Part shown: positions 1-10,090 of the stretch, one piece after another
How positions within the stretch are numbered: position 1 is the first letter of the stretch
Layout of the letters: each line of letters opens with the position of its first letter
Notes under the pieces: generated by a model
Databases searched by the model: none
The model's input: only the letters and a program-made list of their open reading frames with translations
Told to the model about the DNA's origin: nothing
Origin: Salinivirgaceae bacterium
GTDB taxonomy: Bacteria > Bacteroidota > Bacteroidia > Bacteroidales > SZUA-534
Direction of reading: 5' to 3'
Assembly: GCA_016284875.1 (NCBI GenBank)
Contig: JAEEPS010000008.1
Coordinates: 581 to 64,580, forward strand
Length of the DNA: 64,000 bases
Position numbers and translations under genes: made by a program

Positions 1-577
1 AAGGCTGCGCATTTGTCTTAAAACCAAACGATTGCGCCACTGTGTAGTAGAACGATTCTTCCCAATTGTTCTGCGTGAGCCGCAGGTTTTCGGCAATAGC
101 GGCCGTTTTGTTCTCGAGCCGTTCAACGGTCAGCGACTCGTACCACTGTTGCATCACAAACGGGTCGATATCAGCAATATACGACTGACACGGCAGCCAA
201 CGGTCGGTGCGCATCAGGAACTGGTAGCGCTCAAGCAGCGGTTGCGGGCAGCGGATTTCGGCGGCGGGAATGAGTTGCCCCGCCTGGCTGCGGATTTCGG
301 CATCGTTCTGCCCCACCACGTGCAGCACAACGTTGTTGTAGTGGTCGTCAGTTTGGTGGCGGTGTCGCAGCCAATCGCTCGAGCGCAGGTGAATCTCAAC
401 ATTCCCCGCCCAAACAGTCTGCCCGATGCGGATGCGCGCGTTGAAGAAATCGGGGCCCTGGTCGCGGTTGTGCAGTCCTGGATTCAGCACTTCGATGGTC
501 TCGCCCGAGTAGAACTCAGTGAGCGGCATCTGATAAAGGCCGTTTTTCCAAAGGAAATGCAGAAAATCTTCGGACAT
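1..577 (-). CDS. DUF2851 family protein (N-terminal part; gene continues past the left window edge)
   Basis: Hand translation of the minus strand from the ATG (complement of 575-577) gives MSEDFLHFLWKNGLYQMPLTEFYSGETIEVLNPGLHNRDQGPDFFNARIRIGQTVWAGNVEIHLRSSDWLRHRHQTDDHYNNVVLHVV... The frame stays open to position 1. The pattern matches the DUF2851 N-terminus as I recall it. Track ORF 32..589(+) is its antisense shadow. Confidence 0.7.
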   Translation of the reverse strand, partial: MSEDFLHFLWKNGLYQMPLTEFYSGETIEVLNPGLHNRDQGPDFFNARIRIGQTVWAGNVEIHLRSSDWLRHRHQTDDHYNNVVLHVVGQNDAEIRSQAGQLIPAAEIRCPQPLLERYQFLMRTDRWLPCQSYIADIDPFVMQQWYESLTVERLENKTAAIAENLRLTQNNWEESFYYTVAQSFGFKTNAQP

Positions 578-757
578 CGGAAGTTTTAAGTTATGAGTTT
601 AAAAGTTATAAGTTTTTGTAGGGGCAAGATAGGAAAAAAATTGAACTACTGGCATCGGGCAAACGACGTCAGACGACAATTCTACAAATAGGAAAAGGAA
701 GAACAGCCGAAAGTCTCCTACTCAATCAGCCCTTCAGTTATTCACGCATTCAATCCT

Positions 758-2341
758 TCAATCCTTCGTCACAGGCGGATAATCCACATTGAAGTGCAGG
801 CCGCGGCTCTCTTTGCGCTCAATGGCCTGACGGGTAACCAGATAGCCCACATTTATCATATTACGCAACTCGCAGATGTCGCGGGTGGCTTTGACGCGTT
901 TGAAAAGGTCTTCGGTCTCTTCGTAGAGCAGGTCAAGGCGGTCCCAAGCGCGTTTCAGGCGCAGGTTGCTGCGGACAATGCCCACGTAGGTGCTCATAAT
1001 CTGCCCCACTTCCTTAACATCTTGAGCGATAAGTACTTTCTCTTCATTGGTCATCGTGCCTTCGTCGTTCCATTCGGGAATCCGCTCGTTGAACGAGTAT
1101 TCATCAATATGCTGCAGACTGTGTTTCGCAGCAGCGTCGGCATAAACCACGGCTTCAATCAACGAGTTGGAAGCCAGACGGTTACCGCCGTGCAGACCCG
1201 TGCACGAGCACTCGCCAACGGCATACAGGCGGCGGATGCTTGAGCAGGCGTTCAAATCGACCTTGATGCCGCCGCACATATAGTGGGCGCAAGGTGCAAC
1301 GGGAATGTACTGCTTGGTTATGTCGATGCCAATGCTCAGGCACTTGGCGTAGATGTTCGGGAAGTGGTGCTTGGTCTCTTCGGGGTCCTTGTGCGTGACA
1401 TCAAGGCAGACGTGGTCCAGGCCGTGGATTTTCATCTCCTTGTCAATGGCGCGGGCCACAATATCGCGCGGTGCAAGGCTCAGGCGCTCGTCGTACTTGT
1501 GCATAAACTCTTCGCCGTTGGGCAGACGCAGAATGCCGCCGTAGCCGCGCATCGCTTCGGTGATAAGGTAGGCGGGATGCGTCTCGCCAGGGTGGAAAAG
1601 CGCCGTGGGGTGGAACTGCACAAACTCCATATCCTGCACCGTTCCCTTGGCGCGATAGACCATTGCAATGCCGTCGCCTGTGGCGATGTTGGGGTTGGTG
1701 GTGGTGGCGTAGATTGAGCCGATTCCGCCAGTGGCCATCAGCGTGACGCGCGACAGATAAGTATCGATTTTGTTGGTTTCGGGATTCAGAATATACGCTC
1801 CGAAACACTCAATGTCGGGTGTGCGGCGCGTGACTTCAACGCCCAGATGGTGCTGCGTGATAATCTCCACAGCAAAGTGATTTTCAAGCACATCGACGTT
1901 CGGATTCCGACGGACGGCTTCCATCAGCCCGCGCTGAATTTCGGCACCCGTGTCGTCAGCGTGGTGAAGGATTCGGAATTCAGAGTGCCCGCCTTCGCGA
2001 TGAAGGTCGAACTCGCCGCTGTCGGTGCGGTCGAAGTTGACGCCCCATTTGACAAGTTCGGCAATCTGCGACGGCGCGTTGCGAACCACCTGCTCCACGG
2101 CCTTGCGGTCGCTCAAATGGTCGCCAGCAATCATTGTGTCTTCAATGTGTTTCTCGAAATCGTCAACCTTAAGGTTGGTGACCGATGCAATGCCGCCCTG
2201 TGCTTTGGCAGTGTTGGCTTCGGCCAGAGTTGTCTTGCAAACCATTGCCACGCGGCCCTTGCCTGCGTTGGCCACTTTCAGCGCGTAACTCATTCCGGCC
2301 ACGCCAGAACCAATTACCAGAAAATCGTATCTCTTAATCAC
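758..2341 (-). CDS. nadB: L-aspartate oxidase
   Basis: 527 aa. It has an N-terminal FAD fold (DFLVIGSGVAGMS), HPTAL, GGNRLASNSLIEAVV and a C-terminal ESRGLH, which is a typical NadB/succinate-dehydrogenase flavoprotein layout. Confidence 0.9.
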   Translation of the reverse strand: MIKRYDFLVIGSGVAGMSYALKVANAGKGRVAMVCKTTLAEANTAKAQGGIASVTNLKVDDFEKHIEDTMIAGDHLSDRKAVEQVVRNAPSQIAELVKWGVNFDRTDSGEFDLHREGGHSEFRILHHADDTGAEIQRGLMEAVRRNPNVDVLENHFAVEIITQHHLGVEVTRRTPDIECFGAYILNPETNKIDTYLSRVTLMATGGIGSIYATTTNPNIATGDGIAMVYRAKGTVQDMEFVQFHPTALFHPGETHPAYLITEAMRGYGGILRLPNGEEFMHKYDERLSLAPRDIVARAIDKEMKIHGLDHVCLDVTHKDPEETKHHFPNIYAKCLSIGIDITKQYIPVAPCAHYMCGGIKVDLNACSSIRRLYAVGECSCTGLHGGNRLASNSLIEAVVYADAAAKHSLQHIDEYSFNERIPEWNDEGTMTNEEKVLIAQDVKEVGQIMSTYVGIVRSNLRLKRAWDRLDLLYEETEDLFKRVKATRDICELRNMINVGYLVTRQAIERKESRGLHFNVDYPPVTKD

Positions 2342-2382
2342 TTCTGTAAGTTTGATAACGGTGGCAAAAATAGGAATTTATG

Positions 2383-2419
2383 AGTTACAAGGTGCAAGGA
2401 ATAAGTTACAAGGTGCAAG
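2383..2419. repeat. Tandem AGTTACAAGGTGCAAG x2 (period 21) in the intergenic spacer
   Basis: Identical 16-mers at 2383-2398 and 2404-2419, between the GH16 stop and the nadB start. Confidence 0.8.
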
Positions 2420-2491
2420 TTGTAAGGTATAAGTAAGGGTTTTAGGTATCAGGGGGCAGGGGTCTATAGTATTATCCCGCATCCTAATCTT

Positions 2492-3439
2492 TTATTCCTT
2501 CTGATAAACCCTTACGTAATCAATCTCCATTGTCGCCGGAAGAGCAGTCTCATCAACTCCCTGCATACCTCCCCACGTGCCGCCCCAAGCAAGGTTGAGG
2601 ATAACGTAGAACGGGTCGTCGTACGGCCAATCGTCGCGGCCCAGACCACGGTTATCGTAACTCAGTTGCAACTTGCCATCAACGTAGGTTGTGATGTTCT
2701 TGTCGGTCCAAAGCACGGAATAAACGTGGAACTCGCCCTCTGCACCATCGCATTTCATTTCGTGCGTAACCTGCGTGTTGTTCGAATGCACGTGGGCATT
2801 GGCGTGCAGGCTCGACGAAACATAATCGGGATGGAAACCAACCTCCTCCATAATATCAATCTCGCCGTCATCGGGCCAGGCCGTGAATTTGACGGGCATC
2901 ATCCAGAAAGCCGGCCACGTGCCCTTGCCTTTTGGCAGTTTGATGCGGCCCTCGATGTAGCCGTAGGTCCAGCCCTGCCGCACCTTTGCATATATACGGC
3001 CCGAATAAATCTTGCCGTTTTCTTTCAGACAGGTGATGTGGAGCCGGCCGTCTTTAACCTCGGTAACTAACGTGCCACTACGAGTTTTGTGGTTGACGTA
3101 ATTCTGCAGTTCCTCGTTCACCCAGCCGCTGCTTTTCACCTCGTGTGTCCAGTCGGCGGTGTTCAACTCCGAACCATCGAACTCATCGTGCCAAACAAGC
3201 GAATATCCGTCAGGCACATAATACGTGTTACTATCCGCTCCGGCTTGAGTTATGGCTATGATTTGGCTTACTGTGTCTGACAGAATCGTAACAGTACCTG
3301 TGCGGAAATCCAACGTTGGATTGGCAGAAACCGTTATTGCCAATGAGCCGGCCGTAGCGGTTGTGTCCAGCGCTTCCGCGAAAATGAAATCGCTCACATC
3401 TCCAATATGCCACTCGTTGCCCGTGGTTGAAACATTCAC
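2492..3439 (-). CDS. Glycoside hydrolase family 16 (beta-glucanase/laminarinase-like) catalytic portion with a BACON-like N-terminal segment
   Basis: GH16 catalytic motif EIDIME (in WPDDGEIDIMEEVG). Upstream segment has BACON-like wording (LAITVSANPTLDFRTGTVTILS...AITQAG). The track ORF begins at a GTG directly after an in-frame TAA (see feature 3455..3583). Confidence 0.85.
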   Translation of the reverse strand: MNVSTTGNEWHIGDVSDFIFAEALDTTATAGSLAITVSANPTLDFRTGTVTILSDTVSQIIAITQAGADSNTYYVPDGYSLVWHDEFDGSELNTADWTHEVKSSGWVNEELQNYVNHKTRSGTLVTEVKDGRLHITCLKENGKIYSGRIYAKVRQGWTYGYIEGRIKLPKGKGTWPAFWMMPVKFTAWPDDGEIDIMEEVGFHPDYVSSSLHANAHVHSNNTQVTHEMKCDGAEGEFHVYSVLWTDKNITTYVDGKLQLSYDNRGLGRDDWPYDDPFYVILNLAWGGTWGGMQGVDETALPATMEIDYVRVYQKE

Positions 3440-3454
3440 TGTGAACGATTCTCT

Positions 3455-3583
3455 TTAGGCTGATGCGTTGACAGTATCGGTTGAAAACGTGATTTTCACC
3501 TGTGCCGGACTTTGGTCATCGTTTTTTTCGCTGCAACTCCAGAGGGCGGCAGCAAAAGCAAGCGGAATTATGAAGCGTTTCAT
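3455..3583 (-). pseudogene. Detached lipoprotein leader/N-terminal fragment of the GH16 gene, ended by an in-frame TAA
   Basis: ATG at complement 3581-3583 gives MKRFIIPLAFAAALWSCSEKNDDQSPAQVKITFSTDTVNASA*, a lipobox-type signal (LWSC). The TAA (complement of 3455-3457) is in the same frame as the GH16 ORF (3583-3439 = 144 nt). Reading continues RESFTVNVSTTG... after the stop. Confidence 0.6.
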
Positions 3584-3989
3584 TTTTAATAATTTTAGAT
3601 GCAGTAAAAATAATGATTTATGAATCGGTGATTATCCGCGCGGCATATGGCAATAATCAGTCCAAAAAACGCATGAAATCGTCATCTTTTTCGCTTCATA
3701 CACAACTTGCAGTAAAAGCCGAACCATTAAAAACAAAAAAATATTTCACTAATACACAGTTGATTATCTACCCATAGGTATAAATACCTATTGCAAAAGA
3801 GAAACAAAGGCATACTTTTGTAAAAGATTTTTGGCCAGACAAGGTCAAGAATAGCAACTCTACTTTTAGAGCTACCAAATTGAAGCGTTGTTTCTGCAAC
3901 GGTGTCTAAAGGACTTCGCATCGTGAGCAAGGCAGTGCTGAAAAATGAAAAAAATAGGAGTCCAAACATTTAAAATTTCAAAACAAAAA

Positions 3990-5285
3990 ATGAAAATGAG
4001 AAATTTTATGGCATTATGCATGGCTGTAGCCATGGGAGTGCCGGCGTTTGCCACCACCTGGTACGTATCGCCAGAGGGAGCAAAAAAGAATGAAGGAACT
4101 ACCCCTGAGGCTCCGTTGAAAACTATTTACGGCGCACTTGAAAAAGCTGCTCCGGGCGACAAGATTTATGTTGCTGCAGGCGTTTATGGTGGCGCAGCTG
4201 GTGTAGGTCACATCGAAATCACCAAGGCTGTAGAGCTTTACGGTGGATACTCAACAGACTTCAAAACCCGCGATTTCAAGAAGTATCAGTCAATCATCCG
4301 TCCGAAAATGGAGCAGAACGCTACTCCTCCGAAAAACGGTACTGTAGAGTTCACTCTTACTGACGACAAAGGCACAACTGTTTTCGACGGCTTCTTTATC
4401 GACCACAGCGAAGTTAACGCTTACCACCCAAGAGAAGGCAAACCAGAGGGTGTTGAGACTGGTTACTGGCTTGAGCCTCCTACCAAAGGTGACTATCCTT
4501 TCGCTTCGTTGAAGAAATATGCTATCTATGGTAACACAACTGGTACTTTCACCATCGCTAACTGCTTGATTCTGAACAGTTCGTTCTACGCTATCAACCT
4601 CAACCACCTGAGAGGCGTTGTCAACATCAAGAACAACCTGCTCATCAACAGCCGTATGATGGCTTGCAACGTATCATGCCGCAGCGCTAAGGCTTTCGAT
4701 ACTCGTCTGAACTTCGAGTACAACACCGTTCTCTTCACATGGAGCCGCACCAAAGATTTCGGCGACATGGGTTATGGTGTTCGCGCTTTGAGCAAAGTTG
4801 ACGCCAACATCAGCCACAACCTCATGGGCTTGTGCATCATGTCGGCATTCGACAATAGCATGAACAACCGTCCGGGCGAGCAGAAAGTTACTCTCGACGA
4901 GAACATGTTCTTCCTCAACAAGAAGGGTGACGTTAGCTACACTGTTAGCCCGTCAGTTAAATACCTGAAGGTTGATGATGAGGCATTTGAGGACTTCGAG
5001 GATGTTAAAGGCATTGAGAGCTGCGAGAAGAACGTAACTTTGAAAGACGCAAGCGTATTCAAAGGCATTCTCGACCAGGCTTATCTGCAGGGCTTCCTTT
5101 CGGCTTCTTACACTGAGTCGACTGACTACAACCCGAACTCTGCTGCCAACCAGTTCCGCTCTGCAATGGGCATGAACCAAGTTGGTTCAATCCAATCGAA
5201 AGTTTCGATGTACGCCAACAAATATCCTTACTCAGCCAACCTGTTCAAACTCTTTGGCGCCGTTAAGGGTTATGGTGCACAATAA
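3990..5285 (+). CDS. Secreted protein, probable right-handed beta-helix (DUF1565/pectate-lyase-fold-like)
   Basis: Signal peptide MKMRNFMALCMAVAMGVPAFA, then TWYVSPEGA...APLKTIYGALEKAAPGDKIYVAAGVYGG, which is the usual N-terminal signature of beta-helix proteins. The start choice (3990 versus 3945) is uncertain. Confidence 0.5.
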   Translation: MKMRNFMALCMAVAMGVPAFATTWYVSPEGAKKNEGTTPEAPLKTIYGALEKAAPGDKIYVAAGVYGGAAGVGHIEITKAVELYGGYSTDFKTRDFKKYQSIIRPKMEQNATPPKNGTVEFTLTDDKGTTVFDGFFIDHSEVNAYHPREGKPEGVETGYWLEPPTKGDYPFASLKKYAIYGNTTGTFTIANCLILNSSFYAINLNHLRGVVNIKNNLLINSRMMACNVSCRSAKAFDTRLNFEYNTVLFTWSRTKDFGDMGYGVRALSKVDANISHNLMGLCIMSAFDNSMNNRPGEQKVTLDENMFFLNKKGDVSYTVSPSVKYLKVDDEAFEDFEDVKGIESCEKNVTLKDASVFKGILDQAYLQGFLSASYTESTDYNPNSAANQFRSAMGMNQVGSIQSKVSMYANKYPYSANLFKLFGAVKGYGAQ

Positions 5286-5316
5286 TCTGTTGCAGAATAA
5301 TTTAGATTGATTTTTT

Positions 5317-5352
5317 GAGCATCGCTGCATTTGTGGCGATGCTCTTTTTTTT
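5317..5352 (+). terminator. Rho-independent terminator
   Basis: GAGCATCGC-tgcatttgtg-GCGATGCTC followed by a T8 run. Confidence 0.8.
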
Positions 5353-5385
5353 GTGAAATAGGGTTTGCAATCCGCTTGATTTCAC

Positions 5386-7110
5386 TCAATCACAATTGCA
5401 ATCAGATGATTCCGACTGACGATACAACCTTCCGTCAACGGCTCCAGCAGGGGCGTTTGAAGGTTGGCCCGACTTATACTGCTCGCGGCTGAAGGCTATC
5501 ATGTAAAGATTGTAGAGCATCATGTAATCCAAACCGTTGAATTCCATATTGTTGCACTTGCGCCATTTGCCCGGGCGGAGGTTTTCTGGCCAGACGCAGC
5601 GCGATGTTTCCGACCAATCGTAGGCGTAATGGTCAGAGTCAAGTTTGCAGTTGCCTGTCGGGCCGCAGAAAGGAGCGGAGTTGAGCAGCGACTCGTAGAT
5701 TTCCTTCTCCGACTGGTATTCGCTGCTTCCAAATGACATTTGTTTTCCTTCTAAATCGTTGAGAGCCAGGCTCATCAGCGGAAAATGCTCATACACCGTT
5801 TTCTGTCCCGACTGGCACGGGTCGTAACTGCGGCGTTCGACAAGCGTTTTGTAGGTGCTGTCGCCCAGATAGTTGCTAGTGCAGGCCAGCGAGCGCACCT
5901 TGTAGTCATCGTTGTTTTCGCCAAGCGCCTTGTTGCAAATGCCTGCAACGCCTTTCATCAGCAGAATATGCAGTTCGTACACGCCCGCCGTCAGCACATC
6001 GACGGTGATACGGACATTCCGCCTGTCGTAGCCTGGAGCCAGAATCTTCAAAACAGTTTTTTTGACAGTGGAGTTGAACCCCTCGGTGAGTATGTTCTGA
6101 AACATCCAATCGCCTCTTCTATAGGCTTTTGCATGACGCAGATTTTTGCCACTATACTCGCAACCTGTAGCAACAAGTCCGTAGTTGTAGAACAGCCACG
6201 AGTCCCAGCCGATGTCGCCCGAGCCCTGCTGAACCTTTTCGCCAGTTACGGTGTTGCGCAGCACCCAATGGTTCTTCTTTAAAACCAGCCTAAGTGGCTT
6301 TCTGCTCTGAAAACAATTGACATAGCGGCTGATAATGTCGCCAACCCAAAGTGAGAAATCGATGTTGTCGCCGTTTTTAATTCCCTTTTCTGTCAGATAC
6401 TGCGGAATGATGTCGGTCCTGAATGTTACGGGAACATTGGCCACGTTCTCGGTGCCCACAAGCCTTGCCACGAGCGACAGTCCCTCAATATTATGAATCA
6501 TCACATCCTGGCTGATTTCCTCCATCGGGTGGCGGCCGACAATTTCAAACACCTTGCAGCCGAAGTGCGTGCTGTGCTTGTTCCAGAAAGCCTGAGTGAT
6601 GTCGAAACGCAGGTGCATGCCGTTGATGTCGGCTTTATCGGGTGTGAAGTCTTCGGCCACGGGCTTTGCTCCAAGAGCGACAACCGTCTGAATGTTTTTC
6701 TCCTGAAGTTCCTTGTCGCGGGTCATTAGAGCCAGTTTTCCCTCAAAGCGCCGCCAGTGCGGTTCGGAGTACAAATCGAGCCTCTCCATGGCCAGCATGG
6801 CATAATAAAGTTCGGCAAGCGTCTGCGAATAGTCCTGGCCGTTGATTTTCAGCAAATAAAGTTCGGTTGCGAGCATTGCCAGATAGTGGCTCATGATGGA
6901 ATTGCCATCGCTCCAACTCACGGTATCGCCATAAATCTCACCCGCAGGAATGTTCACTCCCTCCTCCTCAACATCCTGACTCACAACTATAAAACTCTGG
7001 CGCAGACGGTCGCGGTAGTGCCAGTATTTTTCAAGATTTTTCTCGGGAGTCTGGCTCTGTGCCGACCATGAGCCGACCAAAAGCACTATGAGTAACGCTA
7101 ATTTTTTCAT
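5386..7110 (-). CDS. Secreted hypothetical protein (no family recognised)
   Basis: Long ORF. Internal start MKKLALLIVLLVGSWSAQSQ (complement 7108-7110) gives a clean signal peptide. I recognised no catalytic motif. Confidence 0.6.
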   Translation of the reverse strand: MKKLALLIVLLVGSWSAQSQTPEKNLEKYWHYRDRLRQSFIVVSQDVEEEGVNIPAGEIYGDTVSWSDGNSIMSHYLAMLATELYLLKINGQDYSQTLAELYYAMLAMERLDLYSEPHWRRFEGKLALMTRDKELQEKNIQTVVALGAKPVAEDFTPDKADINGMHLRFDITQAFWNKHSTHFGCKVFEIVGRHPMEEISQDVMIHNIEGLSLVARLVGTENVANVPVTFRTDIIPQYLTEKGIKNGDNIDFSLWVGDIISRYVNCFQSRKPLRLVLKKNHWVLRNTVTGEKVQQGSGDIGWDSWLFYNYGLVATGCEYSGKNLRHAKAYRRGDWMFQNILTEGFNSTVKKTVLKILAPGYDRRNVRITVDVLTAGVYELHILLMKGVAGICNKALGENNDDYKVRSLACTSNYLGDSTYKTLVERRSYDPCQSGQKTVYEHFPLMSLALNDLEGKQMSFGSSEYQSEKEIYESLLNSAPFCGPTGNCKLDSDHYAYDWSETSRCVWPENLRPGKWRKCNNMEFNGLDYMMLYNLYMIAFSREQYKSGQPSNAPAGAVDGRLYRQSESSDCNCD

Positions 7111-7238
7111 TGCCGATATTATTGTTTTTGAAGGGGGCAATTTAATCAAAATGTCGGCTTCATTTTTGCAAAACGACCGCTTCATGCGTTTCCGCTTGCA
7201 AAAAAACGTCAAACACTGTGCAATTTCGAGACTATTCT

Positions 7239-7246
7239 TACCTTTG
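7239..7246 (+). promoter_or_regulatory. Bacteroidetes -7 box TAccTTTG
   Basis: Matches the TAnnTTTG consensus, 28 nt upstream of the S41 peptidase ATG. Confidence 0.45.
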
Positions 7247-7273
7247 TTTCACTCCTTTTGAGTGAATTTGATT

Positions 7274-8932
7274 ATGAAATTTTTTGGAAGAAAAACCCGC
7301 ATCGCAGTCATTGTTGCTGCCATTGCCGCCGTTGCAGGCTTCACCGCCGTTGGCGACAAAGAATTTGAACTGGCCAAGAATCTTGACATTTACCACACTC
7401 TTTTCCGCGAACTCTCAATCTATTACGTTGATGAGATTGAGCCAGGCGACCTTGTGAAAAAGAGCATCGACGAGATGCTGAAGTCGCTCGACCCCTACAC
7501 GGTTTTCATTCCCGAGTCGGATATTGAGGATTTCCGCTTCATGACCACAGGCCAGTACGGCGGCATTGGAGCCTATATCCACGGCAAAGAGAAGTATGTT
7601 GAGGTGACCGAACCCATTGCCGAGGCGCCTGCCGACCAGGCTGGAATCAAGGCTGGCGACATTATTATTGAAATCGATGGCCGCGATATTGCCGATATGA
7701 AAAGCGAAAAAGTGAGCGAACTGCTCAAGGGTGAGCCCAATTCGAAAGTCACTCTCACGGTTGAAACCCCTTTCACCAAGCAGAAGCGGAAGGTGGTCAT
7801 CACGCGGCAGAAAATCAAGGTGAAAAGCGTGCCCTACTACGGAATGGTGGCCGACGGCATCGGCTACATCAGGCTCAGCAACTTCACCGAGGACTGCAGC
7901 CAAGAGGTGAAAGAGGCTCTGCTCGACTTGAAAAAGAACAACCAACTCAAAGGACTGGTTTTTGATTTGCGCGGCAATCCAGGCGGTCTGCTCAACGAGG
8001 CCATCGCGGTTTTGAGCCTTTTTGTGGAGAAATCGAACGAGATTGTAAGCACCAAAGGTAAGGTGAAAATGTGGAACAAAACCTACTACGCCACAGGCGA
8101 ACCCGTTGACACCAAATTGCCGCTGGCTGTGCTGGTCAACAGCAGTTCGGCTTCGGCGTCGGAGATTGTGTCGGGTGTGATTCAGGACCTCGACCGCGGT
8201 GTGATTGTTGGTTCGCGCAGTTACGGAAAAGGACTTGTGCAAACCACCCGCGACCTGAGTTACAACACCAAACTGAAACTCACCACGGCCAAATATTACA
8301 TTCCGAGCGGCCGCTGCATTCAGGCTTTGGACTACTCGCACCGCAACGCCGACGGCAGTGTGGGCAAGGTGCCCGACTCACTCATCACCATGTTCCACAC
8401 CCGCGCAGGACGTGAGGTGTTCGACGGCGGCGGCGTTCTGCCCGATGTGAAGATTGAGCCCGAAACCATGAGCGAAATCACCTTCAGCCTTTACAGCAAA
8501 AACTTGATTTTCGACTTTGCCACGTTGTACGCTCAAAAGCACAACAACATTGCCGTTCCCGACAAATTCCGCATCAGCGATGATGACTACGCGGAATTCA
8601 CTAACTTCCTGGCAGACAAGGATTACGATTACACTTTCGAAAGTGAAAAAATGCTCGACAAACTTGAAAAGACCATCAAACAAGAAAAACACGACACCAC
8701 CATCAGCGCAAAAGTTGACGAACTCCGCAACGCGCTGAAACACAATAAAGACCAGGATTTAATGGCTCACAAAAGCGAGATTAGTCTTCTGCTTCAGGAG
8801 GAGATTGCAAGCCGCTACTACTATCAGGAAGGCAGAATAAAGGCACAACTCCAGACTGACCCAACGCTGCTCAAGGCCATCAGCACACTGAACAATCCCG
8901 ACGAATACAAACGGCTGCTAAGCCCCAAATAA
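7274..8932 (+). CDS. S41 family C-terminal processing peptidase (PDZ-containing)
   Basis: PDZ segment GIKAGDIIIEIDG, catalytic Ser region NSSSASASEIVSG and Lys region GSRSYGKGLVQ. Confidence 0.85.
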   Translation: MKFFGRKTRIAVIVAAIAAVAGFTAVGDKEFELAKNLDIYHTLFRELSIYYVDEIEPGDLVKKSIDEMLKSLDPYTVFIPESDIEDFRFMTTGQYGGIGAYIHGKEKYVEVTEPIAEAPADQAGIKAGDIIIEIDGRDIADMKSEKVSELLKGEPNSKVTLTVETPFTKQKRKVVITRQKIKVKSVPYYGMVADGIGYIRLSNFTEDCSQEVKEALLDLKKNNQLKGLVFDLRGNPGGLLNEAIAVLSLFVEKSNEIVSTKGKVKMWNKTYYATGEPVDTKLPLAVLVNSSSASASEIVSGVIQDLDRGVIVGSRSYGKGLVQTTRDLSYNTKLKLTTAKYYIPSGRCIQALDYSHRNADGSVGKVPDSLITMFHTRAGREVFDGGGVLPDVKIEPETMSEITFSLYSKNLIFDFATLYAQKHNNIAVPDKFRISDDDYAEFTNFLADKDYDYTFESEKMLDKLEKTIKQEKHDTTISAKVDELRNALKHNKDQDLMAHKSEISLLLQEEIASRYYYQEGRIKAQLQTDPTLLKAISTLNNPDEYKRLLSPK

Positions 8933-8944
8933 AACCGAACAAGA

Positions 8945-10081
8945 ATGGAAAAACTGAAAATATTATCGATTGCTCCTGAGCCTCTCTGCCCGCCAATTTC
9001 TGGCGATTTGAAAGGCGTGTTTGGCTACTTGAACGCCTTGGGAATGATATCGGACCTCACCGTCATCACAGGTGTGGGCTCAACCACTCCCGAGTGCTCG
9101 TTCGAACTCCGCCCCATTGTTCCGCGCTCGGCTTTCCGCCGCATCTCGCGTGCCAACTACAAGATTATCTACGATCAGGTGCTTGAAATCAAGCCCGATG
9201 TCATCATTCTTGAGCAGCCCGTGCTGGGATGGATGGGCACGCTGTCGAAAAAGACGGGTGTGCCAGTGTTCATCCACTCCATCAATATTGAATATCTGAG
9301 GTCGATGGCCACAGGCAAATGGTGGTGGCCAGCAATGTTCGAGTGGGAGCGTTTTGCAATGAAAATGGCCAAAGGCGCCTTCTTCACCACCGACCAGGAC
9401 CGTCAGATTGCCATCAACAAGTTCAATCTGAGCCCCGAAAAATGTTTTCTGAAACCTTACGGCATAGAGCAGACCTCGCTGCCAGTCTTCAATCCTGAGG
9501 AACGCGCCAGTGTGCTCCAGCGCCACGGCATCAATCCCGACGACAAGATTTTTATGTTCTTCGGCGTGCTGAAATATCTGCCAAGCATTGAGTCGCTCTC
9601 TATCATAATCGACGAAATCAGCCCGAGGCTTAAAAAACTGATGGGCGACCGCGGATACAAGATTCTCATCTGCGGCGGCGGCCTCTCAAAAGAGTATCAG
9701 AGCCGCTTCAACGACCTGAAAAAGAACAATGTTGTCTATGCGGGATTTGTTGAGGACATAAACTCCTACATCCGCAGTTCCGACGTGGTGATGAACCCCG
9801 CGCTGCAAAGCGGCGGCATCAAGTCGAAGGTGATTGAGGCCATCGGGCAGAACCGTCCTGTGGTTTCAACATCGATGGGCGCAATTGGCATCGACACAAC
9901 GGTTTGCGGCAACAAACTGCAAGTGGTTGTCGACAACAACTGGGACATGTTCGCCAACAGCCTCGTCAACGCGCTGACACTCGCGGGCGACACTCCGCAG
10001 GCCTTCTTCGACAAATACAGTTGGCAGGGTATTGCCAAGAATGTCTATGAGACTCTGCAAACATCTGTCAAAAACAAATAA
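8945..10081 (+). CDS. Glycosyltransferase family 4 (GT-B, group 1)
   Basis: 378 aa. The C-terminal half is GT1/GT4-like (ILICGGG..., GGIKSKVIEAIGQNRPVVSTSMGAIG). Confidence 0.75.
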   Translation: MEKLKILSIAPEPLCPPISGDLKGVFGYLNALGMISDLTVITGVGSTTPECSFELRPIVPRSAFRRISRANYKIIYDQVLEIKPDVIILEQPVLGWMGTLSKKTGVPVFIHSINIEYLRSMATGKWWWPAMFEWERFAMKMAKGAFFTTDQDRQIAINKFNLSPEKCFLKPYGIEQTSLPVFNPEERASVLQRHGINPDDKIFMFFGVLKYLPSIESLSIIIDEISPRLKKLMGDRGYKILICGGGLSKEYQSRFNDLKKNNVVYAGFVEDINSYIRSSDVVMNPALQSGGIKSKVIEAIGQNRPVVSTSMGAIGIDTTVCGNKLQVVVDNNWDMFANSLVNALTLAGDTPQAFFDKYSWQGIAKNVYETLQTSVKNK

Positions 10082-10090
10082 CCCACTGAT

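Noticed and set aside
32-589. 185-aa plus-strand ORF in the track
   Set aside because: Its composition is that of an antisense shadow. The minus strand encodes a convincing DUF2851 N-terminus (MSEDFLHFLWKNG...) starting at 577.
7274-8932. The two S41 peptidases (7274..8932 and 51043..52653) as a recent duplication
   Set aside because: The proteins share only family motifs, not extended identity, so they appear to be old paralogues and are not noteworthy.
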